Shown: piece by piece, positions 19,655 to 29,043 of the stretch
Position numbering within the stretch: the stretch's first letter is position 1
Layout of the letters: each line of letters begins with the position of its first letter
Source: Dehalococcoidia bacterium
GTDB lineage: Bacteria > Chloroflexota > Dehalococcoidia > Lucifugimonadales > Australimonadaceae
Direction: 5' to 3'
Assembly (NCBI GenBank): GCA_022820645.1
Contig: JAJEFD010000018.1
Span: forward strand, 95,252 to 159,251
Length of the DNA: 64,000 nt
Notes under the pieces: generated by a model
Databases searched by the model: none
Told to the model about the DNA's origin: nothing
The model's input: the letters and a program-made list of their open reading frames with translations, nothing else
Made by a program: the position numbers and the translations under genes

Positions 19655-19834
19655 CCGGTTGTTGCTCCTGTGCGATGCGGGAAGTGTCGCCGCGCGGCGT
19701 CCCGCGGAACGTTTCGCGCGGTGAGCGCATACTACTCCATGAACACGGCAAGGTGTGAGCGTCCTTATTGAGAGTGGTCAGCGCCGGTGTATGCGCCTAT
19801 GATGCGCCAACCGTGCAGCGGGAGAAGGTGGCAG

Positions 19835-21418
19835 TTGACGAAGATCATCAGGATGTTCCTGGCGGCGCTGGTCCCGATGGCGCTGTTGCTGGCCGCGGCA
19901 TGCGGCGGCAGCGACCCCACCCCTACAGCCGACAGGGCATGGTTGGGTTTCTCCACAGACGAGGAGGCCGCCTCCGATAGCGCCATAACGGAGGAGGCGT
20001 CCGGCGCGATGATGGCAGGGCCTACGCCCGCACCCGCGATGATGGAGGAGGCTGAGGAATCGGACGACGGCTCCGGCAGCCTCCGCTCCTCCCCGCTCAC
20101 GCAGAGCCGCATCATCGTGCACACGGCGCGCATGTCGCTCATCGTGGACGACGTCGCGGCGACGGTCGACCGCATCGCGGGTATCGCCGCATCGCTCGGC
20201 GGGTGGCTCGTCAGCTCCGATCGGGTGTCGCGCCACACCGGCGCAGTCGCTATCCGCGTGCCCGCAGGGTCACTCGACCGGGCCTTCGACATGATCGAAG
20301 CCACGGCACGGGAAACGACGTCTCGCGCCGTGACGAGCGAGGACGTGACCGACCAGTACGTCGACACGCAGTCGCGCCTCTCCGGCCTGCAGGCGACCCA
20401 GGCGCGCCTCCTTGGCTTCCTCGAGCAGACGCAGAACGTGGAAGAGGCGCTCCAGGTCCAGAGCGAACTCTCCTCCATCCAATTGCAGATCGAGGAGATG
20501 CAGGGACGGCTCAACTACTTCGAGCAGGTCGCTGCCTTCTCGCTCATCGAGGTCAGTCTCACCGTCGCGCCGCTCGACATGAGCGTAGACGCCGGGCCGG
20601 ACGAGGCGTTCAGGGTCGGGCAGCCGGCGCGCTTCCGCGCGGCGTTCACTCCGCCGGACGGCATCGACGAGTTCACATTCACCTGGGACTTCGGCGACGG
20701 CTCCTCGGTCACAGGTCACACCACTGCGCCAACCACGGACGGACGCCGCGTCACCGCGACCGTGAACCACGTCTACCCGGACGGCGACGACTCGCCCTAC
20801 ATCGTGACCGTCGAGATTACCGGCAGGGGCGAGGGCGGCATCGCGGAAGGCACGGACTCGCTGCTCGCAACCGTGACCGAGGTGCCCACCATCGACGTTT
20901 TCGCGGGCGAGTGGCGCACAGTCGAGGAGGGAGAGGAGGCCCGTTACACCGCCTCCTTCACCGCACCGGAGGAGCTCTGGGACTACGAGTACCAGTGGGA
21001 CTTCGGCGACGGCTCGCCCAGTGTCAGCGGTGAAATCGACGAGGGCACCCGGGTCGAGGCCACCCACGCCTATATCGACTACCGCCCGGACCCCTACAAG
21101 GTACAACTGACCGTCAGCGCGATGAGCGACGCGGGGCGTATATCGTCCTCCGGTTCCTTCGAGGTGTTCGTAACCGAATCGGAAGGCTTCCTCATCGGCG
21201 GATGGGAGGTCGAGAGCACATTCAAGGATGCCGTTCGCGCCCTCTCGGCGGTGGGCATCGCACTCTCCTACATCCTCATCTGGGTTGTCGTCTTCATCCC
21301 GCTCATCGTCCTCGGGTGGGTTGTCGTACGGTTCAGCAGACGCGTGAGCGCCCGCTACAACATCCGGCCCCCGCGCCGCTCCGGCAATCCCTCCACACCT
21401 GAGGAAGAGCAGCCGTAG
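19835..21418 (+). CDS. DUF4349-like lipoprotein with two PKD-like repeats and a C-terminal TM anchor
   Basis: The track ORF begins at 19787. My preferred start is the TTG at 19835 after GGAGAAGG (an ATG at 19853 is the alternative). Lipobox LLLAAAC, a coiled DUF4349-type region, FTWDFGDGSS and YQWDFGDGSP repeats, and a terminal hydrophobic helix. Confidence 0.7.
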   Translation: MTKIIRMFLAALVPMALLLAAACGGSDPTPTADRAWLGFSTDEEAASDSAITEEASGAMMAGPTPAPAMMEEAEESDDGSGSLRSSPLTQSRIIVHTARMSLIVDDVAATVDRIAGIAASLGGWLVSSDRVSRHTGAVAIRVPAGSLDRAFDMIEATARETTSRAVTSEDVTDQYVDTQSRLSGLQATQARLLGFLEQTQNVEEALQVQSELSSIQLQIEEMQGRLNYFEQVAAFSLIEVSLTVAPLDMSVDAGPDEAFRVGQPARFRAAFTPPDGIDEFTFTWDFGDGSSVTGHTTAPTTDGRRVTATVNHVYPDGDDSPYIVTVEITGRGEGGIAEGTDSLLATVTEVPTIDVFAGEWRTVEEGEEARYTASFTAPEELWDYEYQWDFGDGSPSVSGEIDEGTRVEATHAYIDYRPDPYKVQLTVSAMSDAGRISSSGSFEVFVTESEGFLIGGWEVESTFKDAVRALSAVGIALSYILIWVVVFIPLIVLGWVVVRFSRRVSARYNIRPPRRSGNPSTPEEEQP

Positions 21419-21509
21419 CCGGGCGGCCCCGCTGCCCCCGCTTGCCACGACGCGCGATACGCGCCAAGATTGCCCGTAAGCAATCCCTGGGCGAGCGGGA
21501 GGTGACGCG

Positions 21510-22748
21510 ATGACGCAGATGAACGAGGCGAAGGCATTCGTCGAACCATCGGGCGAGAAGGAACGTGCGGGACTCGGCACGTGGAAGGTGGCGCGGACGC
21601 CGTACGACCACTTCATGGAGGCGCAAGGCCTCCCCATCTACCGCGGCCTCGGCATGTACGACATCCGCGAGATACCGAAGTCTCCGTGGAAGCGCATGGG
21701 CGGGCTCGGCTCATTCATCCAACTCGACGGCACGGACGGCAAGCTCGGCATGTACGCCTGGGAGCTACCGCCACGTTCCGAGTCCACCGTCGAACGCCAC
21801 CTCTACGAAGAGGTCTACTACGTCTTCGAGGGCCGGGGCGCGACGGAGGTCTGGCGCGAGGGCAGCGACCGCAAGCATACGTTCGAGTGGCAGGCCGGCA
21901 GCCTCTTCGCGATACCGGTCAACACGAACCACCGCATCATCAACGCGAGCTCCGGCCCCGTCGTCCTCATCGGCGGCACGACCGCCCCGCCGATCTTCAA
22001 CCTGTTCGACAACCAGCAGTTCATCTTCGACAGCGACTTCGCGTTCAACGACCGCTTCGACGACTCCGACGACTACTTCCGCCCACAGGACAGCATCGTC
22101 GCGGACCCGCTGCACGAGCGCGCCATGCGCGTCACGAACCTCATCCCAGACATGGCGACCTGCGAGCTGCCGCTGGACAACCAGCGCTCGCCCGGCTACC
22201 GGCGCGTCATCCCGCAGATGGCGAACGGGCGCTTCTACACGTTCGTGGGCGAACACCACAGCGGACGTTACTCGATGGCGCACCACCCGCCCGGCCCCGG
22301 CTCCGTCGTGCTCATCTGCATCAACGGCTCCGGGTACACGCTCGCGTGGCCGCAGTCGGCGACGATCCGCCCCTGGGAGACCGGCAACGGCGAATCGGTG
22401 ATGCGGCAGGACTACCGCCCCGGCGGGATGGTGGTTAACAACCCCGGCGGCACGGGCTGGTTCCACATGCACCACAGCACAGGCCAGCAGCCGCTGCGGC
22501 TCCTCGTCTTCGGCGGCATCCCGCAGGGCGTCGGCATACAGTTGCGGCGACAGGGCGAGACCGAGGTCTCCGGCAACCTGCCCATCGAGATGGGTGGGCG
22601 CAGCATCACCTACCAGGAAGAGGACCCCTACATCCGCGAGGAGTACAAGCGCATGCTCGCTATCGAGGGGGTCGAGTTCGACATGCCGGACTGGGCGTAC
22701 ACCGGCGAGATCCCCACCGGCCACACGCTGAAGATCAGCGGGCCGTAA
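21510..22748 (+). CDS. bicupin-fold protein (possible ring-cleaving dioxygenase relative)
   Basis: 412 aa. ATG follows GGGAGG. Two cupin-like halves. Metal-ligand motifs are incomplete, so function is open. Confidence 0.65.
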   Translation: MTQMNEAKAFVEPSGEKERAGLGTWKVARTPYDHFMEAQGLPIYRGLGMYDIREIPKSPWKRMGGLGSFIQLDGTDGKLGMYAWELPPRSESTVERHLYEEVYYVFEGRGATEVWREGSDRKHTFEWQAGSLFAIPVNTNHRIINASSGPVVLIGGTTAPPIFNLFDNQQFIFDSDFAFNDRFDDSDDYFRPQDSIVADPLHERAMRVTNLIPDMATCELPLDNQRSPGYRRVIPQMANGRFYTFVGEHHSGRYSMAHHPPGPGSVVLICINGSGYTLAWPQSATIRPWETGNGESVMRQDYRPGGMVVNNPGGTGWFHMHHSTGQQPLRLLVFGGIPQGVGIQLRRQGETEVSGNLPIEMGGRSITYQEEDPYIREEYKRMLAIEGVEFDMPDWAYTGEIPTGHTLKISGP

Positions 22749-22749
22749 T

Positions 22750-23244
22750 CTACGCCGTCAGCCCGCTGGCACGAGCCGCCCGGAACGCCTGCGCGCCCAG
22801 CACCCGGATCTGCTCCTGCGCGGGCTCCGGCGCAGCGCCGGGACGGCTCAACGGCGCGTCCGAGGCCAGTTCTTCCTCCGCTACCCATAGCCAGCCTTCC
22901 GGCAGGTCGGTCACGGGAGCCGCGGGGCGGCAGACGTAGAGGAAGTCGATGTGCTGATGGAATCCATCCACCGGGTCGTCGACATCGGCGATCAGGATGG
23001 TCATGGGAGGCGGCACCTGAAGCGGATAGGCGAGGCTGTCCTCAAGGTCCGCGGTCGGAACCACCTCAGCCACGATCCCCGTCTCCTCCTCCACCTCGCG
23101 CAGGACCGCCTGCACCGGGTCCTCGTTCTCCTCGACGTGGCCGCCCGGAGGGAGCCACATGTCCAGCTTGGGGTGCCAGTGCAGCAGCGTCGCGCCGTCC
23201 TGGACGACGAACGCCGTGGCGGTGAAGTGTCTGATCAGCGACAC
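22750..23244 (-). CDS. NUDIX hydrolase
   Basis: The last 164 aa of ORF 22750..23532. GTG start lies 5 nt after the upstream stop. Nudix box GGHVEENEDPVQAVLREVEEETG. Confidence 0.8.
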   Translation of the reverse strand: MSLIRHFTATAFVVQDGATLLHWHPKLDMWLPPGGHVEENEDPVQAVLREVEEETGIVAEVVPTADLEDSLAYPLQVPPPMTILIADVDDPVDGFHQHIDFLYVCRPAAPVTDLPEGWLWVAEEELASDAPLSRPGAAPEPAQEQIRVLGAQAFRAARASGLTA

Positions 23245-23249
23245 GCGGC

Positions 23250-24017
23250 CTACGGCGCGACCCACGACGCGTCGTGGACGCTCGCTATCGCCTTCTCCAC
23301 GATGTCGTAGATGTAGCGCGCCGCGGTCGGCGGCCCCTCCGTGCGGTCGATCGTGTCTGCGCGGTAGCCCGTCAGCGAGTAGCTCACGTAGATACGCCCG
23401 TCCGATTCCGGCCCCGTCTGCCCGCCGATGACCGGGATGCGCATCGCCTTCGACACGTCGGCGTAGATGTCGAGCGTCACGTTCGTGAGGTCGATCATCA
23501 CCGCGCCCGCGTCCTGCACCGCGTTCGCCCACTTCATGATGTGCTCGTGCGCCTCCGGGCCGCCGTGACGCGGCTCGAACACCTGGAAGCCGATCTGCGG
23601 GTAGACCGGAAGCCCTGCTCCGATGACCGCCAGCACGTCGTCGAACAGCTCCTCCTCCTGGGTGCGGATGTCGACCTTCGTCATGTCCGCGCCCGTCTCT
23701 TCCTTGATGCGGCGCGTCGCCTCCTCCACCGCCTTCGGTCCCGCGTTGCAGACGACCGTCGGCATGTCCACGTTGATGACGGCCCGCTCCGCGACGCGGC
23801 TCACCGCCTTGCCGAACAGCAGCATCGCCTCGAGCGAGAACTCGTCGTCGCTCTCCATGCCGAGGAACGTTCTGCTGACGCTGTCGCCCACCGAGAGCAG
23901 GTCAACGCCCGCGCGCTCCAGGATGCGCGTCATCTGGACGTCGTAGCAGACGCCCGCCGCGATCTTCTTCCCGTCGTTCTTCATCTGCTGCAGGTCAGCG
24001 ATGGTCATCCGCGCCAT
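23250..24017 (-). CDS. PanB-like (3-methyl-2-oxobutanoate hydroxymethyltransferase family) protein
   Basis: ATG at 24017 follows AAGGAGGG. 255 aa. TIADLQQMKNDGKKIA...VDLLSVGDS matches the PanB N-terminal pattern, but the sequence is divergent and not next to panC or panD. Confidence 0.7.
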   Translation of the reverse strand: MARMTIADLQQMKNDGKKIAAGVCYDVQMTRILERAGVDLLSVGDSVSRTFLGMESDDEFSLEAMLLFGKAVSRVAERAVINVDMPTVVCNAGPKAVEEATRRIKEETGADMTKVDIRTQEEELFDDVLAVIGAGLPVYPQIGFQVFEPRHGGPEAHEHIMKWANAVQDAGAVMIDLTNVTLDIYADVSKAMRIPVIGGQTGPESDGRIYVSYSLTGYRADTIDRTEGPPTAARYIYDIVEKAIASVHDASWVAP

Positions 24018-24052
24018 GTCGTCCCTCCTTGTGCTTACGTTCAACCGGTGCG

Positions 24053-25342
24053 TCAGGCCGGAGCGCACAGGCGCTCGCGCGCTGCCGCGTCGAGCTCCTC
24101 ACCCTCCTGGACGAGCGTCTCCCCGAACCGTACGCGGTACACGGAGCCGTCACGAGCAGCCAGCGGAGCGTCCGCCCCGTCCGCGAGGGCGCGCGCCTGC
24201 CGGAGCAGCCTGCGCCGCATCGCTATGATCGCGGCGTCGCTGGTGCCGAGATGCTCCTCGAACCGCTCGACGATGGAGCCCATGCTCTCCTGCACCGCCA
24301 TGTCCTGCGCCTGCGTGCCGGGGATGCCGGAGAACGTCCCGTTCACCTGCAACTCCCGGTCGATCATGTAATCGTTCTCCATGTTGCGTACGGGCAGGAA
24401 CGAGCCGGGCAGCGCGGGGCCTGCGAAGTCCTCGGCCGCCTCGATGTCCTCGCCGCTCAGGGGGCGCTCGTCGTTCCACGTCACCACGATGGTCCAGCAG
24501 CTGTGGTCGTCTATCGGCGTCCAGGCGATGCCCTGGCTGTTGGCGCCCGGCTTCTTCGAGCCCTGTTTGAACAGGTTATAGAACGGCATCATCCAGTGGG
24601 TGAAGCGCCAGTAATGCGTGCCCTCGCCGATGTCGCGGCGCGCCCCGACGCGCAGCCCGTAGTCGGTGTCCTCAGGCAGGAACACGGGAGAGCGGTCGAG
24701 CGCATGGTAGCGGGCGCGCAGGTCGGTTGCGGCCTGGGCGCGCTCCAGCCACGCGGGTGCGCGGCGGAACCCGTCCACCGTCGCGTGCAGGAAGTTGGAG
24801 TGCGCCGAGTCGATGCCGCCCTCGAGTCCCTGCACCCAGTTCGTGCGCTCCAGCCGCTTCGTGACGTAGACGTGCGACAGCGGGATGTGCAGCCACGAGA
24901 AGTCCGGCATCGCGGGCGTCTGCTCCGCCGGGCCGAGGTACGCCCAGACGACGCCTCCGGCCTCGACCGTGGGGTAGGCGGTCTGGCGCACCTTGTCCCG
25001 GTAGTTGCTCGTCGCAGGCTCGGAGGGCATGTCCACGCACTGACCATCCACGTCGAACTTCCAGCCGTGGTAGATGCAGCGCAGGCCGTCCTCTTCGTTC
25101 CGCCCGAAGAAGAGGCTCGCGCGGCGGTGCGGGCAGCGCTCCGCGAGCAGCCCCACGCGCCCCGACGTGTCGCGGAACGCGACGAGCGCCTCGTTCATCA
25201 GACGCGTGCGGACCGGCGGACAGTCGGGCTTCGGCAGTTCGCCGGAGAGGAGGAACGGCACCCAGAAGCGGCGCAGCAGGTCGCCCATCGCCGTCCCGCG
25301 CGATGTCGCGGTGAGCAGAGCGTTGTCCTCTGCGCTGAGCAT
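24053..25342 (-). CDS. Rieske [2Fe-2S] non-heme-iron oxygenase (paralogue 2)
   Basis: The last 429 aa of ORF 24053..25912, starting at MLSAEDN after AGGAGG. Rieske motif CPHRRASLFFG...LRCIYHGW and iron motif IDSAHSNFLH. Confidence 0.88.
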   Translation of the reverse strand: MLSAEDNALLTATSRGTAMGDLLRRFWVPFLLSGELPKPDCPPVRTRLMNEALVAFRDTSGRVGLLAERCPHRRASLFFGRNEEDGLRCIYHGWKFDVDGQCVDMPSEPATSNYRDKVRQTAYPTVEAGGVVWAYLGPAEQTPAMPDFSWLHIPLSHVYVTKRLERTNWVQGLEGGIDSAHSNFLHATVDGFRRAPAWLERAQAATDLRARYHALDRSPVFLPEDTDYGLRVGARRDIGEGTHYWRFTHWMMPFYNLFKQGSKKPGANSQGIAWTPIDDHSCWTIVVTWNDERPLSGEDIEAAEDFAGPALPGSFLPVRNMENDYMIDRELQVNGTFSGIPGTQAQDMAVQESMGSIVERFEEHLGTSDAAIIAMRRRLLRQARALADGADAPLAARDGSVYRVRFGETLVQEGEELDAAARERLCAPA

Positions 25343-25410
25343 GACCCATGCCTCCTGCCGCCGCTCGCCGACGGCACGGCTACGATAGCACGAAACCGGC
25401 GCGGCGGGCG

Positions 25411-26511
25411 CTACACCGCCACCAGCATCCCCTCCCGCACGGCGAGTCCCAAGCCCGGCGCGCCGGGGTCCGGTATCGTCAGCACGCCGCCGTCGCCGAA
25501 CATCAGGCTCTCCGCGGTCAGGTCCTCGCGTAGCAGATGCGTCCCGAACGCTCCCTCGGACGCCGCGAGCACGGGGCGCGCCGCCTGCATCACCGTCAGC
25601 CCCGCCCGCGTGAGGATGCTCGTCTCGCCCACCTGCGCCCCGACGATCACGCCCATCCCCAGGCCCGCGGCGCGCTCGACCACTTCCAGCGACCTCCCGA
25701 TGCCGCCCATCTTGGAGACGCGCACGTTCACGATCCACCGCTCCGGATCGCTCAGGGCGTCCAGCTGCGACGTGCGCAGCAGGCTCTCGTCCAGGATGAT
25801 GCGGACGCTGCACTCCTCGCTCACGCGCTCGAAACCCGCGAGGTCGCCCGCCGTCAGCGGCTCTTCGACCGCGTACACGCCGCCGCCCAACGCGTTGAGG
25901 TGCGCGATGCAATCGTCCGCGTCGGACCAGAAGTTGTTGGCATCGAGCCGCACCCGTAGTTGCTTCTTCCCCAACGCGCGCAGCTTCCGCCGGTCGCGGT
26001 TGAGGTCGCCGGAGACCTTCACCTTGAAGTCGGCGAAGCCCTTCCTGCGGTAGCGGAAGAGCTGCAGGCGGTACACGAGATACGGCGAGTCGCCGAGCAC
26101 GGCAGAGTACGTGAAGCCGCCGTCGAGGCGCGGCACGCCGACGACATCCTCGACCGGCGCGCCCCCGGTCTTGCCGAGCAGGTCCAGCACCGCGAGCTCG
26201 ATGGCGCAGAACGCGGCAGGATGCTCGTCTATCTCACTCCGGTGCGCATCGGCCCACGCGCGCAGGCTCGCGCCGTCGGTCACCTCGTCCGCGATCGCCT
26301 GAGCGTAACACCGGATAAACGCCGCGCCGTCCTCCACCGTCTCGCCCGTCACGTAGTCGCGGGGACAGCCCTCGCCGTAGCCGGTCAGCCCGTCGTCGGA
26401 GCGCGCCGCGACGATGAGATTCTCGGCGCGGGAGCGGCTCGCCGACGCGTGGCGGAATACGGCCTTGAACGGCACCGGGAAGCTGTAGACGTCGAGACGC
26501 TCGATGCGCAA
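25411..26511 (-). CDS. enolase-superfamily enzyme, MLE subgroup (N-acylamino-acid racemase / dipeptide epimerase-like)
   Basis: 366 aa from a TTG 4 nt after the GH3 stop. Catalytic pattern: FKVKVSG (KxK), RLDAN, AVEEP, ILDES, VSKMGG. Confidence 0.75.
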   Translation of the reverse strand: MRIERLDVYSFPVPFKAVFRHASASRSRAENLIVAARSDDGLTGYGEGCPRDYVTGETVEDGAAFIRCYAQAIADEVTDGASLRAWADAHRSEIDEHPAAFCAIELAVLDLLGKTGGAPVEDVVGVPRLDGGFTYSAVLGDSPYLVYRLQLFRYRRKGFADFKVKVSGDLNRDRRKLRALGKKQLRVRLDANNFWSDADDCIAHLNALGGGVYAVEEPLTAGDLAGFERVSEECSVRIILDESLLRTSQLDALSDPERWIVNVRVSKMGGIGRSLEVVERAAGLGMGVIVGAQVGETSILTRAGLTVMQAARPVLAASEGAFGTHLLREDLTAESLMFGDGGVLTIPDPGAPGLGLAVREGMLVAV

Positions 26512-26515
26512 CGGC

Positions 26516-28153
26516 TCACTCCGCCACGGCGATGGCGTCGAAGTCGAACGCGGAGTCGCGCGCGTACTGCAGGTGCAGGTACTTGAACTGCGCGTCCCGC
26601 TGCCCCGACGCCACGCAACTCTCGCGGTACTGTCCGCCCGCGCCGTCCGGAAGCAGCCGCACGCGCAGCGGCGCGAGCCGTCCGCTCTTGCGTTTGGCCT
26701 CGTACTCGATGTTCGACACACTCAGGAGGCGGTCGATCTCGCCAGCTGCCCCGCCGCCGGCGAACGCGGACGCGCCGGTTTCCACGTAGAGCGTGTAGCC
26801 GGACGCCGCCTCGTCCGCGAGCATGATGAAGAACTCCGGCGGCGCGCCGGTGGGAGCGAATGCCGACGTCACCGCGTCGAGCACTTGCGCCTCCGTCACC
26901 TTCTCGCCCGTGATGTTCGTGACCCCCTTGCCCTTCTGCACGAAGCCCAGCGTTGGCGTGTTCCCGACCCAGCCGTTCACGCGCACGATGTCGTTGATGT
27001 CGTAGCGGTAGAGGCCGTCGCCGGTCGTGACGAACACGTAGTACTCGCGTCCGTCCTCCAGCTCGTCGAGACAGAGGAATTCGCCCGTGTCCGCCTCCCA
27101 CGCGTCGCGCTCCGCGAACTCGAAGAAGGTGTTGAGGAACGTCGGCAAACAGGCGTTCCGCAGCACGTCGACGTTCAATGTCCCGCGGAACTCGCTCGAC
27201 GAGTATCCCCACTCGATGATCTGCACGCCGTCCGGCAACAGCGGCGACAGGTTGCCGAGCGCGATGCCGCAGCTGCCGCCCGTCCACGTGACGATGCCCC
27301 GCAGGCCCGGCCAGATGTCGGCATACGTCAGCCGTCCCGCCGCGCTCAGGCGCCGCTCCAACTCCCCCGCGCGCTCCGGCCGGGGCGTCAGCGGCAGGCC
27401 GGACGCTTCGCCCGGCAGCCGCCCCGAGGCGATGGCGCCGAGCACGGCGTCCGCGTTGTCGTGCACCACCGACAGCAGCCGCAGGAACGTGGACGGGTTC
27501 GCCGTCGCCGCGCCGGTCACACCGGGTTCGGCGAGGCCGTAGACTGCCATTGCGAGGTAGCGGGCGTCGTAGTCCTCGATGTCCGACACCGCCGCGGGCA
27601 GCACGTACCGCGACTGCACGAAGCGCGACTGGTGACGGTACAGCAGGCCCGACGCTGAACCGAACGGCGTGCCTCCGTCCATGTGCCCCTCGACCGCCGC
27701 GCCGCTGATGGCGAACACCTTGCCCTCCAGCACGCCCGCATCCCGCGCCCAGACGTACGCGGAGAGGCGCTGGTCGCGCTTCATCTGCGCAAGGCCGGAC
27801 GCCGTCACGGGGATGTTCTTCGGCGCGCCGACCGTCCCGCTCGTGCGGTGGTAGTAGACGGGCCGCTCCTGCGTCAGGCATCGCTCGCCGGTCAGCTCCT
27901 GCCGCTCGATCGCCTCGCGCAGGTCCTCGTACGTGAGCACCGGCACCGCCTGCCGGTAGTCGCTCACGCTCGCGACGCTCCCCAGCCCGTGCTCCCTGCC
28001 GAACTCCGTATCCGCGTTCGCAGACAGGATGCGGCGCAGCACCGCCTCCTGGGTCGCGCGGGGCGACTCCGCCGCGCGCATCATCCGCTTGTAGCGCCGC
28101 GCCTGCGTTGCGCTCAGCGCCGTCTTGAACAGCTTGTAGGTCAGTCCGCTCAT
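26516..28153 (-). CDS. GH3-family acyl-acid amido synthetase-like protein
   Basis: 545 aa from an ATG that overlaps the upstream stop (ATGA). Three GH3 signature regions: HRTSGTVGAPKNIP, WGYSSSEF, GLYRYDINDIVRV. Confidence 0.85.
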   Translation of the reverse strand: MSGLTYKLFKTALSATQARRYKRMMRAAESPRATQEAVLRRILSANADTEFGREHGLGSVASVSDYRQAVPVLTYEDLREAIERQELTGERCLTQERPVYYHRTSGTVGAPKNIPVTASGLAQMKRDQRLSAYVWARDAGVLEGKVFAISGAAVEGHMDGGTPFGSASGLLYRHQSRFVQSRYVLPAAVSDIEDYDARYLAMAVYGLAEPGVTGAATANPSTFLRLLSVVHDNADAVLGAIASGRLPGEASGLPLTPRPERAGELERRLSAAGRLTYADIWPGLRGIVTWTGGSCGIALGNLSPLLPDGVQIIEWGYSSSEFRGTLNVDVLRNACLPTFLNTFFEFAERDAWEADTGEFLCLDELEDGREYYVFVTTGDGLYRYDINDIVRVNGWVGNTPTLGFVQKGKGVTNITGEKVTEAQVLDAVTSAFAPTGAPPEFFIMLADEAASGYTLYVETGASAFAGGGAAGEIDRLLSVSNIEYEAKRKSGRLAPLRVRLLPDGAGGQYRESCVASGQRDAQFKYLHLQYARDSAFDFDAIAVAE

Positions 28154-29043
28154 CGCTCGAGCCCCGCGATGAACGGCGTCCGCATCTGCGCGACGAACCC
28201 CAGCGGGTACTCGCGGTTGTGCAGCCCCAGGATGCCTACCTCGCGGTCCTTCGGGAGGAACCGCGTGCCGAAGAGCACGTCCCAGACGATGAGGTTGTTG
28301 CCGAAGTTGTTGTCCGATTCCACCGTAACCTCCGAGTGGTGCCAGCGGTGCAGTTCCGGCCCGCTGACCAGATAGTTGAGCGGCCCCAGGCGCACGCGGC
28401 AGTTGGAGTGCTGGAAGAAGCCGTTGAGCGCGTAGAAGACGAAGTACGCCGCGAGCACCTCCGGCGGCACGCCGACCAGCGCGAACGGCAGCGTGTCCAC
28501 TGTGTACTGGACCGCTTTCTCGATGGGGTGGAAGCGCCCCACGTTCAGCCAGTAGAGCCGGTGCGGCGAGTGGTGCACCGCGTGCAGGCACCACATCGGC
28601 CTGAACCGGTGGAACGCCCTGTGCAGCCAGTACCGCGGGAAGTCCGCCGCCGCGATCATCAGCACGACCTGAGCCGCGATGGGGAGGCCGTGCGGCCACA
28701 GCCCCTCGACGGCCAGCCCGCGGGCGTCGAACAGGTCGGCCAGCGCGACTACGACCGTCACCGAGAACAGCAGCGGCAGCACCGCCTGCACCGCGGCGAG
28801 GAACATCGCATCGGCGCGGACGTCGCTCCCGGTCGGATGCCACTCTCTGCGGTACGGCAGCCGCGCCTCGTGCAGCGTCACGAGCGCCGCGCCGGTGATG
28901 ACCGCGACCCACGACGCAGCCGTGACCTGCCAGCCGAGTCCCACGAGCGCCGCGTAGACCGCGAACCCGATCGCCAGCACACCGGGGTACGAGCCCACGA
29001 CGACGATGCGGGCGAGCGCCGTGTTCGCGTTCGCGTTGGTCAC
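28150..29043 (-). CDS. fatty acid hydroxylase / sterol desaturase superfamily membrane protein
   Basis: 297 aa from a GTG overlapping the upstream stop (GTGA). Several TM helices and three His boxes: HRAFH, HAVHH, HRWHH. Confidence 0.85.
   Translation of the reverse strand: MTNANANTALARIVVVGSYPGVLAIGFAVYAALVGLGWQVTAASWVAVITGAALVTLHEARLPYRREWHPTGSDVRADAMFLAAVQAVLPLLFSVTVVVALADLFDARGLAVEGLWPHGLPIAAQVVLMIAAADFPRYWLHRAFHRFRPMWCLHAVHHSPHRLYWLNVGRFHPIEKAVQYTVDTLPFALVGVPPEVLAAYFVFYALNGFFQHSNCRVRLGPLNYLVSGPELHRWHHSEVTVESDNNFGNNLIVWDVLFGTRFLPKDREVGILGLHNREYPLGFVAQMRTPFIAGLER

Noticed and set aside
17529-19751. A 740-aa ORF suggesting a large fusion protein.
   Set aside because: Only its last 359 aa (from METTLAAVKV, with a good SD) look like a real MDR dehydrogenase. 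The upstream part overlaps the amidohydrolase gene in another frame and is Arg/Pro-rich shadow sequence.
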